From NCBI GenBank assembly GCA_016744895.1, contig JADGDK010000001.1, positions 39,463 to 103,462 on the forward strand: a DNA stretch of 64,000 bases, given 5' to 3'. This document shows positions 19,556-29,581 of the stretch, piece by piece. Position 1 is the stretch's first letter. Each line of letters opens with the position of its first letter. The translations under genes and the position numbers were made by a program. The notes below the pieces were generated by a model. That model ran no database searches, was not told the origin of the DNA, and saw only the letters and a list, made by a program, of their open reading frames with translations. Source of the DNA: Campylobacterales bacterium. Lineage in GTDB: Bacteria > Campylobacterota > Campylobacteria > Campylobacterales > QNZT01.

Positions 19556-20384
19556 TAAATCTCCTCTTATATCTTAAAAGCATACTCTCATTTCCAATCA
19601 AACCACCTTGATGTATATAGAGTATCTCTTTTTTAAACTGTGCTTGAAATCTTAACAATGTTAACCACCCTAAAGGATCATACAACAGGTCAAATTCAAT
19701 TCCAGTATCTTTCTTTAATTCTATCCAAATTTCAAAAAATTCTCTATAAAGCTTGCCAAAATGATACTTTTTATCAAGCGTCAAAATTTTAGGATGTACA
19801 CTTTCATCCTCTTCAAGTTCATAAAACTGTTTTTTAAGATAAGATTCACCACCCACACATGCACATGTATAAACATTTTGTTTCAAATGTTTTTGAAGGT
19901 AGAGCGCTGTTGTACCTGTACCAGAAGGTAAAAAGATATCAACATCCAACTCTTTTAACTCATCAGCTAAAACTTCTATTCCAAATTCAGCCTCAACAAA
20001 ATGTCCACCTTCTGGTATAAAAAGTTCTTCATCCTTTAGTTTTGTAGGAAAAGATGACTCCATAATTTTCATACCATTTTTCAAAGCATATTTATAATTA
20101 CCATGAGGATTTTGCTTTAAGTATGCTGCAACATGATCTACATAATATTCAAATCCTACACCTTTGAGTTTTGCAAGATGTGATAAGGAATACATAGCAT
20201 TTGATTGTGCCGAACCATGTGAGATAATCTTTGTGAAGTTATTAAAATCGTAGTTTAAAAAGTAGTGGAGTTTTCGCGCTTTGTTTCCAGAGAAACGATC
20301 ATCAAGTAAATCGTCTCTCTTAATTAAAAAGTTTTTATCTCTAAATGTTATCTTATCTACTGGGCTTTTTTTAATTTCTATCAA
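19542..20384 (-). CDS. PLP-dependent enzyme, ACC deaminase / D-cysteine desulfhydrase family
   Basis: 280 aa. KRDDLLDDRFSGNKARKL carries the family PLP-lysine motif. 14-bp overlaps with both neighbours. Confidence 0.7.
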   Translation of the reverse strand: MIEIKKSPVDKITFRDKNFLIKRDDLLDDRFSGNKARKLHYFLNYDFNNFTKIISHGSAQSNAMYSLSHLAKLKGVGFEYYVDHVAAYLKQNPHGNYKYALKNGMKIMESSFPTKLKDEELFIPEGGHFVEAEFGIEVLADELKELDVDIFLPSGTGTTALYLQKHLKQNVYTCACVGGESYLKKQFYELEEDESVHPKILTLDKKYHFGKLYREFFEIWIELKKDTGIEFDLLYDPLGWLTLLRFQAQFKKEILYIHQGGLIGNESMLLRYKRRFSEDY

Positions 20385-21453
20385 TACAGTTCAAGTCACT
20401 ATAGGCTTGTTTTAATCTCGCAACTAATGATTTTTCACCCTCTCTAAGCCATTTTCTCGGATCATAGTATCCCTTATTTGGTTTATCTTCACCATCAGGA
20501 TTTCCTATTTGAGATTGAAGGTATTCTTTGTTTTTGGCTTCATATCCTCGTACACCATCCCAAAATGCCCATTGCGTATCTGTGTCAATATTCATCTTGA
20601 TTACACCATAATCAATTGCTTCTCTAATCTCTTCTAGTGTAGAACCACTACCCCCGTGAAATACAAAATCTACAGGTTTCTCAGAAGTAGAAAATTTCTC
20701 TTGAATATATTTTTGTGAATTATCCAAAATTTTTGGTTGTAGTGAAACATTTCCTGGTTTATAAACGCCATGAACATTTCCAAAAGAAGCAGCAATTGTA
20801 AACTTATCACTAATAGCACTTAATCGCTCATAAGCTTCACTTACCTCTTCTGGCTGTGTATATAAAAGTGCACTATCAACACCTGAGTTATCTACACCAT
20901 CTTCTTCACCACCAGTGATTCCAAGCTCAATTTCAAGTGTCATACCAATTTTGCTCATACGTCTAAGATACTCTTCACAAATTGAGAGATTTTCTTCTAG
21001 TGGCTCTTCTGAAAAATCTAACATGTGAGAACTATATAAAGGCGTTCCGTGTACTTTAAAGTATGCTTCACTAGCTTCTAAAAGACCATCAATCCAAGGA
21101 AGAAGTTTTTTAGCAGCATGATCTGTATGTAAGATAACAGGTACACCATAAGCTTCAGCCATAGTATGTACATGTTGTGCGCCACTGATACCACCAAGTA
21201 TCCCTGCTTTTTCATTTTCATTTGAAAGTGATTTACCTGCGAAAAAAGAGGCACCTCCATTTGAAAACTGGATGATAATTGGAGAATTTACTTCAGCAGC
21301 AGCTTCCAAGACTGGATTGATTGAACTTGTTCCTACAACATTTACAGCAGGAATTGCAAAGCCTTCTTTTTTGGCTATTGCAAATACCTTTTGCATATCA
21401 TCACCTGTTATAACTCCCGCACTTACTGCATCTAAGATTTTTTCACTCATCAC
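20371..21453 (-). CDS. fba: Class II fructose-bisphosphate aldolase
   Basis: 360 aa. FAIPAVNVVGTSS..ILHTDHAAKK..ASFGNVHGVYKPGN..VFHGGSGS resembles FbaA type. Confidence 0.93.
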   Translation of the reverse strand: MMSEKILDAVSAGVITGDDMQKVFAIAKKEGFAIPAVNVVGTSSINPVLEAAAEVNSPIIIQFSNGGASFFAGKSLSNENEKAGILGGISGAQHVHTMAEAYGVPVILHTDHAAKKLLPWIDGLLEASEAYFKVHGTPLYSSHMLDFSEEPLEENLSICEEYLRRMSKIGMTLEIELGITGGEEDGVDNSGVDSALLYTQPEEVSEAYERLSAISDKFTIAASFGNVHGVYKPGNVSLQPKILDNSQKYIQEKFSTSEKPVDFVFHGGSGSTLEEIREAIDYGVIKMNIDTDTQWAFWDGVRGYEAKNKEYLQSQIGNPDGEDKPNKGYYDPRKWLREGEKSLVARLKQAYSDLNCIDRN

Positions 21454-21471
21454 ATTACCTTTATATTTTGC

Positions 21472-22269
21472 TTATTTAATAGATATATCGGCACTACTTC
21501 TTAACTTTTTAGTTATTTTTTTCATCTCTTCTTGGAATTTTTTTACTTTTAAACTCTGCTCAATACTTGGCTTTGCTTCATCAAGAGTAACATTTCCTGC
21601 TGGTTTTTTATCTTCTAATAAAATAACATGATAACCAAATTGTGTTTTAACTGGTTTTTTAGTGTAAGTTCCTTTTTTAAGAGCAAATGCTGCATCACTG
21701 AACTCTTTAACCATTCTTTTTTTATCAAACCAACCAAGATCTCCACCACTTGGACCACTAGGACCAGTTGATTTAGTTTTAGCCAATCCTGCAAAATCTG
21801 CACCACCTTTAAGCTCTTTGATAACTGCTTTTGCATCAGCTTCTGTTTTTAATAAAATATGTTTAGCTTTTGCTGTTTCTGGCTTTTGAAACATAGATTT
21901 GTTACTTTTATAAAAATCTTTAAGTTCAGAATCTTTAAGTTTTATAGCTTCAAACTGTTTTTTCATCCATAACTCAAGTGCTAAGTCACGTTTTACACTT
22001 TTAAGTGCTGTTTGAAATTCTGGCTCTTTTTCCATACCAGCTTTTAATGCTTTTTCACCTAAAAGTTTCTTTTCAATTGCTTGATCAATAACCTTATTTT
22101 GTTGCTCTTTTGTCATTTGCGAATAATTTGCACCTGGAATAACTTGTAAAATTGCACCAATTTCACGCTCTGTAATATCACTACCATTAACTGTTGCAAA
22201 TGTTTTTGCCTGAATTGAAGATACTAACAGTGAAACTGCAACCATTGAACCTATTAAATATTTTTTCAT
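21472..22269 (-). CDS. Periplasmic peptidyl-prolyl cis-trans isomerase (parvulin; Peb4/SurA-like)
   Basis: 265 aa. Signal peptide plus parvulin core KAKHILLKTEADA..GGDLGWF..FGYHVILLEDKK. Confidence 0.85.
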   Translation of the reverse strand: MKKYLIGSMVAVSLLVSSIQAKTFATVNGSDITEREIGAILQVIPGANYSQMTKEQQNKVIDQAIEKKLLGEKALKAGMEKEPEFQTALKSVKRDLALELWMKKQFEAIKLKDSELKDFYKSNKSMFQKPETAKAKHILLKTEADAKAVIKELKGGADFAGLAKTKSTGPSGPSGGDLGWFDKKRMVKEFSDAAFALKKGTYTKKPVKTQFGYHVILLEDKKPAGNVTLDEAKPSIEQSLKVKKFQEEMKKITKKLRSSADISIK

Positions 22270-22360
22270 ATGTTTCCTTTAATTTTAAGTTGTAACTATA
22301 TCTTTTGTTTGCTAACAAAAAGCAAATATTAACAAAGACAAGTGAAATAATTATGTAGAT

Positions 22361-24343
22361 CTAATCGAGCATTATTGTAAATTTTGCCCCTTGATTTACA
22401 TTCTCAACTCTTAATTTTCCCTTACAACTATCTTCAATAATAAACTTTGACATATAAAGTCCTAATCCTGTCGAATCATCTCTATCTTTTGTAGTAAAAT
22501 AAGATTCAAAAATTTTATCTATGATCTCTACATCAATGCCACCTGCATTATCAATAATCTCTATATATTTTTTTTGCTCTTTTTCAAAACAATTGATTTC
22601 TATTTTTGGTTCTTTTATTTGACGTTTGATAAGAATATTTTCAGCATTTTTAAGCAAATTTATCAATACTTGTATCACTTCATTCGTATAGGTATGTAAA
22701 GTTATTTTACTATTGTGATGTGTTGTAACTTCAATACTATTTTTTGCAAATGAAGAAGAGAGAATAAAAAGTGCTTTATCTACAAGTTTTTCTAAAGTAG
22801 TATCTTCTTTTTTCTTAGAAGGCTTAAAGAAACCAGCAAAGTCATCAATCGTATTTGAAAGATGATAAACATACTCTTCTATTTTTTCCAAAGAATTGAG
22901 AAAAAGCTTTTCATCATACTTATCAAGTTCTATTTTTACTTGTAAACCCGTAGAAGCAGCACTTATAGCACTTAATGGCTGTCTCCATTGATGTGTTATC
23001 ATATTCATCATTTCACCCATTTGTGCTAATTTACTATTATGAATTAAAATAGAATCTTTCTCACGGCTTTTTTGAACCTCTTCTTTGACACGAAGTTCAA
23101 GTTTTTGGTTCAAATCTTGAAGCTCTTGTGAAGAAACTTTTGCAATATTAGTTAAAGCCTTAGTAATCTCTAAATTCATATCTAGCTTTTTATAGTGAGT
23201 TTTAAAATAAATTTCTTTAGGTATTATTTTAGATGACTCACTCAATACCAATGTAGTCATACTTTGATTTAAAAAGAGTGACTTCTTCTCATTTGCAAAG
23301 AATTCTCCATAACCATAATATCCAGCATTGGTTCCAAGCATCTTATAGGGTTCAATCTCGGCATGGGCAATACTTTGCAAAAACCGTCTTCTCCCTCCAG
23401 AAGCATAAATATATACTGTCTCTGCAGGCTCATTTTTTGCAATATCTTTAATTAAGTTTTGTGTATTTTGAAGCATCTTTTCAGCATTTCCAAATGCAAT
23501 ATGAACACTTTGATTTTCATTCATTTTAGTTGCAAAGGTTAAAGATCCATCTCCAGGATTTGAACGTACTGATCTTGCAATAAATGTACCACTATCTAAA
23601 TCTTTAAAGACAAAAGGAAATTGCAAACCACTAAGCGGTAATTTTGTAGCAATTTCAGAACCTAAATATTTTTCATAAAGATCATATACAGTCATCTTAT
23701 CAACTGTAAAAACTCTATTATTTTTTGATTTTGTAATCTTAAATGATCGTCCTACTGGTTCCCACTCAGAGGTATATCTATTTGAGGCTTTAAGATTTTC
23801 TCCATTTAAACTTACAGCTACGATACCATTATGAGATATTTGACTACAATTAAATACACAACCACCATCAAATTTTCCACCATCACCACAAAGTCCACCT
23901 GATATGACAATGTCTTGTTTAACAGATTTAAGTCCATCTAAGATTTTTGAAGCATCAATATCCTCTGCAGAAACAAAAAGAATTAAAGCTTTTGTATCTT
24001 CTTGTACAATCTCTTTTGCTAAATCAACACCAATTACAAAACTATCTTCTTTAGGTTTTAAAAAAGTAGATTTTAAAGAAGAGTGCTCAAATATAGAAAT
24101 AGAGATGACTATATTCCCAGTAAGAATCCGACCCTCTATCACTTCACCATCAGTAGTTGTTCCAACAAGACAGGCACTAGGAAGAAGTTCATTTAATAAT
24201 GTTGTAATTTTTTGAATTTCATCAGGCTTTTTTTGACTTGAGAAAACTTGAATTAAAATATCACTAGAATCAATAATCTGATGTTCATAGATATAATCTC
24301 TAAGTTTTTCATCACTTCTAAATCGAATATTGAAAGTTTTCAT
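22361..24343 (-). CDS. Sensor histidine kinase with N-terminal FIST_N/FIST_C sensor module
   Basis: 660 aa. FIST-like N-terminal half (VGTTTDGEV..ISGGLCGDG), H-box ITHQWRQPLSAIS, HATPase N and G boxes (LLKNAEN..DNAGGI..STGLGLYMS). Confidence 0.8.
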   Translation of the reverse strand: MKTFNIRFRSDEKLRDYIYEHQIIDSSDILIQVFSSQKKPDEIQKITTLLNELLPSACLVGTTTDGEVIEGRILTGNIVISISIFEHSSLKSTFLKPKEDSFVIGVDLAKEIVQEDTKALILFVSAEDIDASKILDGLKSVKQDIVISGGLCGDGGKFDGGCVFNCSQISHNGIVAVSLNGENLKASNRYTSEWEPVGRSFKITKSKNNRVFTVDKMTVYDLYEKYLGSEIATKLPLSGLQFPFVFKDLDSGTFIARSVRSNPGDGSLTFATKMNENQSVHIAFGNAEKMLQNTQNLIKDIAKNEPAETVYIYASGGRRRFLQSIAHAEIEPYKMLGTNAGYYGYGEFFANEKKSLFLNQSMTTLVLSESSKIIPKEIYFKTHYKKLDMNLEITKALTNIAKVSSQELQDLNQKLELRVKEEVQKSREKDSILIHNSKLAQMGEMMNMITHQWRQPLSAISAASTGLQVKIELDKYDEKLFLNSLEKIEEYVYHLSNTIDDFAGFFKPSKKKEDTTLEKLVDKALFILSSSFAKNSIEVTTHHNSKITLHTYTNEVIQVLINLLKNAENILIKRQIKEPKIEINCFEKEQKKYIEIIDNAGGIDVEIIDKIFESYFTTKDRDDSTGLGLYMSKFIIEDSCKGKLRVENVNQGAKFTIMLD

Positions 24344-24450
24344 GGAATTACAACAGCCTTAAAAGTTAAAAATCTTAAACTAAAAAGGAATTATATTAAA
24401 TTTTTTATAATAAAAAGCATAAAATGTAAAAAATAGTAAAATTATCTACC

Positions 24451-24472
24451 AAAATGGGGTGATCCCCACTTT
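24451..24472 (-). terminator. Intrinsic terminator after the receiver-domain gene
   Basis: Minus strand: TGGGG-AUCA-CCCCA followed directly by UUUUGG, 3 nt after the stop codon. Confidence 0.55.
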
Positions 24473-24474
24473 GA

Positions 24475-26004
24475 CTATGAAAGAGGTATTGTTAATAAAA
24501 ATATATTTTGTCCACTATTAAAATATGTTTTTATATCAGCATTCATCATAATGAGTGAACTTTGTACATGTTTGGGCGCAACTTGTTGTGATGGTTCTAA
24601 GCCCATGTCTTCCTCATCCTCTTTTTTAAAAATTCTATTAATCAATGCTTTACTACTATGTTGTTGATCTTCACTTGTAGTAATGATTTCAATTTTTAAA
24701 TTATTTTGTAGTTGATAATATTTTATATCAACTTTTATATTGTTTTCATCATGATAAATATCTAAAATACCTCTAATAGTGTCATTTAAAGCATTAGAAG
24801 AAATTTTTGCATATAAGATGTCATGATCTAATTTAAACTCTTCGTCTACGTGTATAGAATTGAGGCTTGCCTCAATATTATCCATTCTATCTTTTAAAAC
24901 AGTTGCTATGACAAAATGTACATTAATTTCATTACTTCTCTCTTTTGAACGTCTTTCAAAATGAGATGAAGAAATTTTTAAAGTATCTAGAAGTGCTTTG
25001 ATATCTCCCTCAATTTCAACCTTTTTCTCAATTTCATCGAGGGTATTTAAACTCTCTTGTAAAGAAGAGAGACAAAAGTTTAACTCTTGTTCTTGAAATT
25101 TAATCTGTTTAGAACTTGGAACATCTAAAATATGATTTGATAATTTTACAATATACATATCCTTATTAAACAATTTCATTTTGTTTACTAGAACATTAAA
25201 GCTAAATTCTTTTGATCTATTTTTAACAGTTACAAGGAAATTAAAGTCTTGTGCAGCAGTAATAAGATCTAACCATGTCGCTTGATGATGACTATTAAGA
25301 TAATTAGGATCTGAAACATGAGGTACAAATCTTTCTAGAAGTCTTGGATTTGAAATTACTCTATTAAAAAGTCTATTTTCACCAAAGAACTTTGTAAAAT
25401 TTTTATTGGATTCTACAACTTGATTTCCTTTTTTATCATATACAAAAAGTAAATTTTGATCAATATCTAAAAAACTTTTATAAATTTTTAAAAACTCTTT
25501 TGCCTCATTAATTTTACGATCAATCATATTTTCAAAAAGCGAACCACCCATAAATTTATCTTGCTGTGTTTTTAAAATAGAGTGTATACGAGTTTTAAAA
25601 ATCATACTATCTATAGGTTTTTTAATAAAATCTAAATTATCGTAATTGGTATTTGCGTAGAGACTCTCTTGATAATCTTCAGTTAAAAGCATTACCTTTG
25701 GAACATCTCTTAGCAGTTGATCTTTATTAAGTCTGGCAATAACATCTCCCCCACTAATAGTAGGAAATTTATCGTCAACTATAATCAAATCAAGGCTCAT
25801 ATAGCTTACTACTTTTAAAGCTGCTTTTATATTTCCAGCTTCATATACTTTAAAATTACCAAGATCTTTTAACAATTTATTTACTAAGAATACATCTAAA
25901 GAATTTTGGCTGATTAGTAGTATTTTATAATTTTTGTTTACATGTTCACTATTGATTGTAACGTGATCATCAAAGTGAACTTTTTCATATGTGTCTATAG
26001 ACAT
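24475..26004 (-). CDS. Receiver (REC) domain protein with atypical acidic pocket and large uncharacterised C-terminal region
   Basis: 509 aa. The REC domain keeps LIIVDD (phospho-Asp), LLTED (Thr) and KKP (Lys), but has ISQN where the DD/ED pair is expected. I recognise no output-domain motifs in the C-terminal ~370 aa. Confidence 0.65.
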   Translation of the reverse strand: MSIDTYEKVHFDDHVTINSEHVNKNYKILLISQNSLDVFLVNKLLKDLGNFKVYEAGNIKAALKVVSYMSLDLIIVDDKFPTISGGDVIARLNKDQLLRDVPKVMLLTEDYQESLYANTNYDNLDFIKKPIDSMIFKTRIHSILKTQQDKFMGGSLFENMIDRKINEAKEFLKIYKSFLDIDQNLLFVYDKKGNQVVESNKNFTKFFGENRLFNRVISNPRLLERFVPHVSDPNYLNSHHQATWLDLITAAQDFNFLVTVKNRSKEFSFNVLVNKMKLFNKDMYIVKLSNHILDVPSSKQIKFQEQELNFCLSSLQESLNTLDEIEKKVEIEGDIKALLDTLKISSSHFERRSKERSNEINVHFVIATVLKDRMDNIEASLNSIHVDEEFKLDHDILYAKISSNALNDTIRGILDIYHDENNIKVDIKYYQLQNNLKIEIITTSEDQQHSSKALINRIFKKEDEEDMGLEPSQQVAPKHVQSSLIMMNADIKTYFNSGQNIFLLTIPLS

Positions 26005-26057
26005 TATTTATCCTTACTAGATTTTACTCTATATCGACATTATGAAAAAAAGTTTTA

Positions 26058-27065
26058 CTAATTTGCCTTTTTGTTATTAAATATTTTATTTATTATATTT
26101 TTTGTTAGATTTTTTAAAAATCCTTCATCTTTATCTTTATAAATTACAGGTCTTACTGACTTTATTGTACCCAGTCCCACACGCGCTGTTAAAACACCAT
26201 TTGCAACACCTTGTGCTCCGTGTAGTGAAAGTTTTGAAAGCATACTTCCTCCAACTACATCTCCAGAATGATGTGTCATTAGTTCAGTAACACTTGCAAA
26301 AGCAAGATTGATAATCACACTTTTTACTAAAACCATTTCACCAATAAAGTTTGGTTTATAACCATAAAGTTTTGAGATATCTGTTATCATCGCATGGCTT
26401 CTTGAGATGATTAAAATAGCATCTATAAAAGCAACTGGACTGATAGCTGTAGAGACCGCCGTTTGAGAAGCATAATTTAAAATGATATTTTTTGCTTTTT
26501 CATCTAACTGTTTTAATACTAATTCATCAATACGTTCAATCACTTCACTAGACATCATTGAATGCAACTCTGATTTTGCTTTTTGAGCACTTGCTCGTAC
26601 CTCCGCATCTTCATGATTTTCGTATGTTTCTATCACTTTCAATGCATAACTTTTCACATCTACAGTAGGATTTTTAATATGTATCAATCCCTCTTTTTGT
26701 AAGCTATCAATACGTTTTAATTTCTTATATCCCATATACTGTTTGAACGCTGAATAGCCAAGGATGCCAACCAAAGAGAGTAAAAGAAGTAGATATACAG
26801 CACCAAGAATAGGCATGTTTTGAAGCATAGACGAGGCAGTAAATGCAGCATCATAAATAGTTCCTATCACAATTAAAGAGGCTAAAAGTCCACCAACAAT
26901 CAAACTTTTTTTCGCAAATCCACCTATCGCTTTAAGACTTGTAAGTCTCTTTTTTTCCTCTTTTTCTTGTAAAATACTGTCTTCTTCAAGACGCTGTGGT
27001 TGCAGTGTTGTAGTTTCAACGACTTGATTCTCATCTTCAATACGTGTTGGTTTTAACTTATTCAT
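26058..27065 (-). CDS. ycjF: YcjF family (UPF0283/DUF697) membrane protein
   Basis: 335 aa. Two central TM helices and the conserved ISPVAFIDAILI..R tail. 4-bp overlap with ycjX, the canonical pairing. Confidence 0.8.
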   Translation of the reverse strand: MNKLKPTRIEDENQVVETTTLQPQRLEEDSILQEKEEKKRLTSLKAIGGFAKKSLIVGGLLASLIVIGTIYDAAFTASSMLQNMPILGAVYLLLLLSLVGILGYSAFKQYMGYKKLKRIDSLQKEGLIHIKNPTVDVKSYALKVIETYENHEDAEVRASAQKAKSELHSMMSSEVIERIDELVLKQLDEKAKNIILNYASQTAVSTAISPVAFIDAILIISRSHAMITDISKLYGYKPNFIGEMVLVKSVIINLAFASVTELMTHHSGDVVGGSMLSKLSLHGAQGVANGVLTARVGLGTIKSVRPVIYKDKDEGFLKNLTKNIINKIFNNKKAN

Positions 27066-28423
27066 ACTCTATCCTTAAGCAAACTGTAAATTAATCTATC
27101 CATACGGATATGTTCTACCGCATGAGAATCACGCGGTGGGAATGAAATCGGCTTAAATGTTTGAAAATTAAAATCAGCATTCTTCCAAAAATCACGATCT
27201 TTATAGTGTGCCGGAAGAGATCCAGGAAAATGTGTTGATGGTTCATCTTCATCCTCAACAATACCCCGTACACAATCTACCTCTTCACCTTCTAACTTAG
27301 CTTTTACAAATTGCGTACTTTTAACCGCTGAAAAAATTGTCACTTCAGTCTCAATATGTTTGACATCTAACTCTTTTTTAATATCCCAGATCATTTCACC
27401 TAAAAGATTCATATAACTTTCATGAGCAGAAGCAGGTATATGGTCAGCCTTTGTTGCAGCAAAAAGTACATGATCAATTTTTAAATCAAAAAACTTAGAG
27501 AAAACATTGTTAGAGCCATAGGTAAAAGTTTTGAGAATACTTTTAAGTGCTAAATGCATATCTTCAAAAACTGCTTCACCCTCATTGAGTGTTTTTATAA
27601 GATCTACTAAAATGATTTGAGAGTCAAAAGTTTGAAAGTGTTCAAGATAAAGTCTTTTAACAACCTCCGATACATAACTCTCATAGCGTTTTTGAAACTG
27701 CTCATAGATAGAACCCTCTTCTACTTCAGACAAAGGTGTAGGAAGTGGACAAAACAGAAGTAATGGATCATCTTTCATATCACCTGGTTCTATAAAACGT
27801 CCTGGTTGCATAAATGAAAACTCGTGATAGTAAAGGCTTTTAAGATATTCACTATACAGATCAAAGAGTTGTTCTTGGATTTCAAAATAATCTCCATCTT
27901 TATAAAGTTCATGTGTTTTGATATCTGTAAGCCATTCGCTAGAGAATTTAGATCTTGCATCCTCTGAAGCCAACCCAATCATAAATTCTGACCACTGCTC
28001 ATAACTCATATCAAGCATTGCCAAATCCAAAAGCCATTCACCAGGATAGTCAATCAATTCTAAATTGATAATTTGATTTTCTAAAAAACCATATTCACTT
28101 TTAAACTCAAATTGAACAGTCGTTTTACTCACTGCCTTAGTTGACTTTGGCCATCTTGGTTTTGCATTTCGCAAAGCTTTTAATTTATTATAATAATCAA
28201 AACGCATATAAACACTATCTGGGGGGAGAAGACGTGCAACAAAAGTACGACCTAGCTTATCATTGAGATAAGGCAATTTATCATTAGCAATGAGTTGGTT
28301 GATTATAGATGTCAAAAAAACTGTCTTTCCACTACGACTCATTCCAGTAATCGCTACTTTTATCGTCTTATCAGGAGTGGGAATTTTAAAACCTAAATCA
28401 ATATCTTTAATAAAATCTAACAT
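27062..28423 (-). CDS. ycjX: YcjX-like P-loop NTPase (DUF463)
   Basis: 453 aa. VAITGMSRSGKTVFLTS Walker A, LIDYPGEWLLD, ATKADH motifs of the YcjX family. Confidence 0.85.
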   Translation of the reverse strand: MLDFIKDIDLGFKIPTPDKTIKVAITGMSRSGKTVFLTSIINQLIANDKLPYLNDKLGRTFVARLLPPDSVYMRFDYYNKLKALRNAKPRWPKSTKAVSKTTVQFEFKSEYGFLENQIINLELIDYPGEWLLDLAMLDMSYEQWSEFMIGLASEDARSKFSSEWLTDIKTHELYKDGDYFEIQEQLFDLYSEYLKSLYYHEFSFMQPGRFIEPGDMKDDPLLLFCPLPTPLSEVEEGSIYEQFQKRYESYVSEVVKRLYLEHFQTFDSQIILVDLIKTLNEGEAVFEDMHLALKSILKTFTYGSNNVFSKFFDLKIDHVLFAATKADHIPASAHESYMNLLGEMIWDIKKELDVKHIETEVTIFSAVKSTQFVKAKLEGEEVDCVRGIVEDEDEPSTHFPGSLPAHYKDRDFWKNADFNFQTFKPISFPPRDSHAVEHIRMDRLIYSLLKDRV

Positions 28424-28479
28424 ATTATAATTATATCAAAGATTTGTGAAATTTTAGTTTTTGTTGATAAAATGTAAAC

Positions 28480-28986
28480 ATGAAAAAGATAACTGAAGAA
28501 GAGATTGCAGAACTTTTGACAATCATACCAAGAAATTACCCATCACATGATATATTTCACCTCACAAACTGTTGTAATACACTCTGTGAATCATTACAAA
28601 CATTATGTCAAGATCAAGGCTATTTATATGAACTAGCAATTATCGATGATATATGCTTCGAAGAGATGAATCAAAACAGTCTATATAAACCACATAAATT
28701 TGATTTCAATAAAAATAGATATAATCGACACTCTCGCATGTATGAATTTGTCTTTGTTACAATTGACTTAAAAGAGATAGCAGAAGTAAAAAACTTTTAT
28801 AAAAAGCTTTATGCCATCAGTAAAAATGCAGGTACCCTTATATTTATTGTTGATAATGCTGAAGATTTAAGAACACTTGAAGAGACACTTATAGAACATA
28901 ACTACGTAGCGGTAAATCCAATCATCAATACATTTAAAAACTATCAGATACTTAGTGCACATAAAATGCATGGATGGGGAAATTAG
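28480..28986 (+). CDS. Hypothetical protein
   Basis: 168-aa ORF on the opposite strand to its neighbours, followed by a strong hairpin. No motif I recognise. Confidence 0.45.
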   Translation: MKKITEEEIAELLTIIPRNYPSHDIFHLTNCCNTLCESLQTLCQDQGYLYELAIIDDICFEEMNQNSLYKPHKFDFNKNRYNRHSRMYEFVFVTIDLKEIAEVKNFYKKLYAISKNAGTLIFIVDNAEDLRTLEETLIEHNYVAVNPIINTFKNYQILSAHKMHGWGN

Positions 28987-29008
28987 AGCTTGGAAAACCC
29001 CAAGCTCT
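28985..29008. terminator. Bidirectional hairpin terminator between convergent genes
   Basis: AGAGCTTGG-AAAACC-CCAAGCTCT, 9-bp perfect stem, T-rich tail on the plus strand. Lies between the 28480 ORF (+) and oorC (-). Confidence 0.6.
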
Positions 29009-29015
29009 AATTATT

Positions 29016-29570
29016 TTAAGCCATAGCTTCGTTAGCGTATTTTTCACCAAGCTCATATGCGACTTTATTTACATCGTGAACTTTTGGTGGTACTTTTGAA
29101 AGCATTGTAGCAATCAATGTCTCTTTATCAATAGCATTCATCATTGTATTTGCAATAGCAAGTGCAACAACTGATTGTGTAATTACATTTCCTACCTCTT
29201 CTTTAGCGATAGAAATAATAGGTATCTCATGAATAGTCCATTTTTTTCTATCTTCATCTGCTGGTGTAATCAATCTAGGGTCAACAACAATTGTTCCACC
29301 CTCCATAACACCATTTTTGAACAGATCATAACTTACCTGTGCAACTGAAAGCATAAAGTTAATTTCACCATCATTTGCATATGGGTAATAAATCTCATCA
29401 TCATCCAGTGTAATATCAACAACAGTCGGTCCACCACGTACTTGTGATGTATATGTTGCAGTTTTCAGTCCATGTCCACCAGTTTTAATTTTTGCAGCAG
29501 CAAAAATTTCACCTGCAAGAAGAACACCTTGCCCACCAACACCTGTAAACCTCATTAATGTTCTAGCCAT
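29016..29570 (-). CDS. oorC: 2-oxoglutarate:acceptor oxidoreductase, gamma subunit
   Basis: 184 aa. FTGVGGQGVLLAGEIF motif. Last gene of an oorDABC-ordered set downstream of sucCD, as in Campylobacter. Confidence 0.88.
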   Translation of the reverse strand: MARTLMRFTGVGGQGVLLAGEIFAAAKIKTGGHGLKTATYTSQVRGGPTVVDITLDDDEIYYPYANDGEINFMLSVAQVSYDLFKNGVMEGGTIVVDPRLITPADEDRKKWTIHEIPIISIAKEEVGNVITQSVVALAIANTMMNAIDKETLIATMLSKVPPKVHDVNKVAYELGEKYANEAMA

Positions 29571-29581
29571 TGTGCTCTCCT

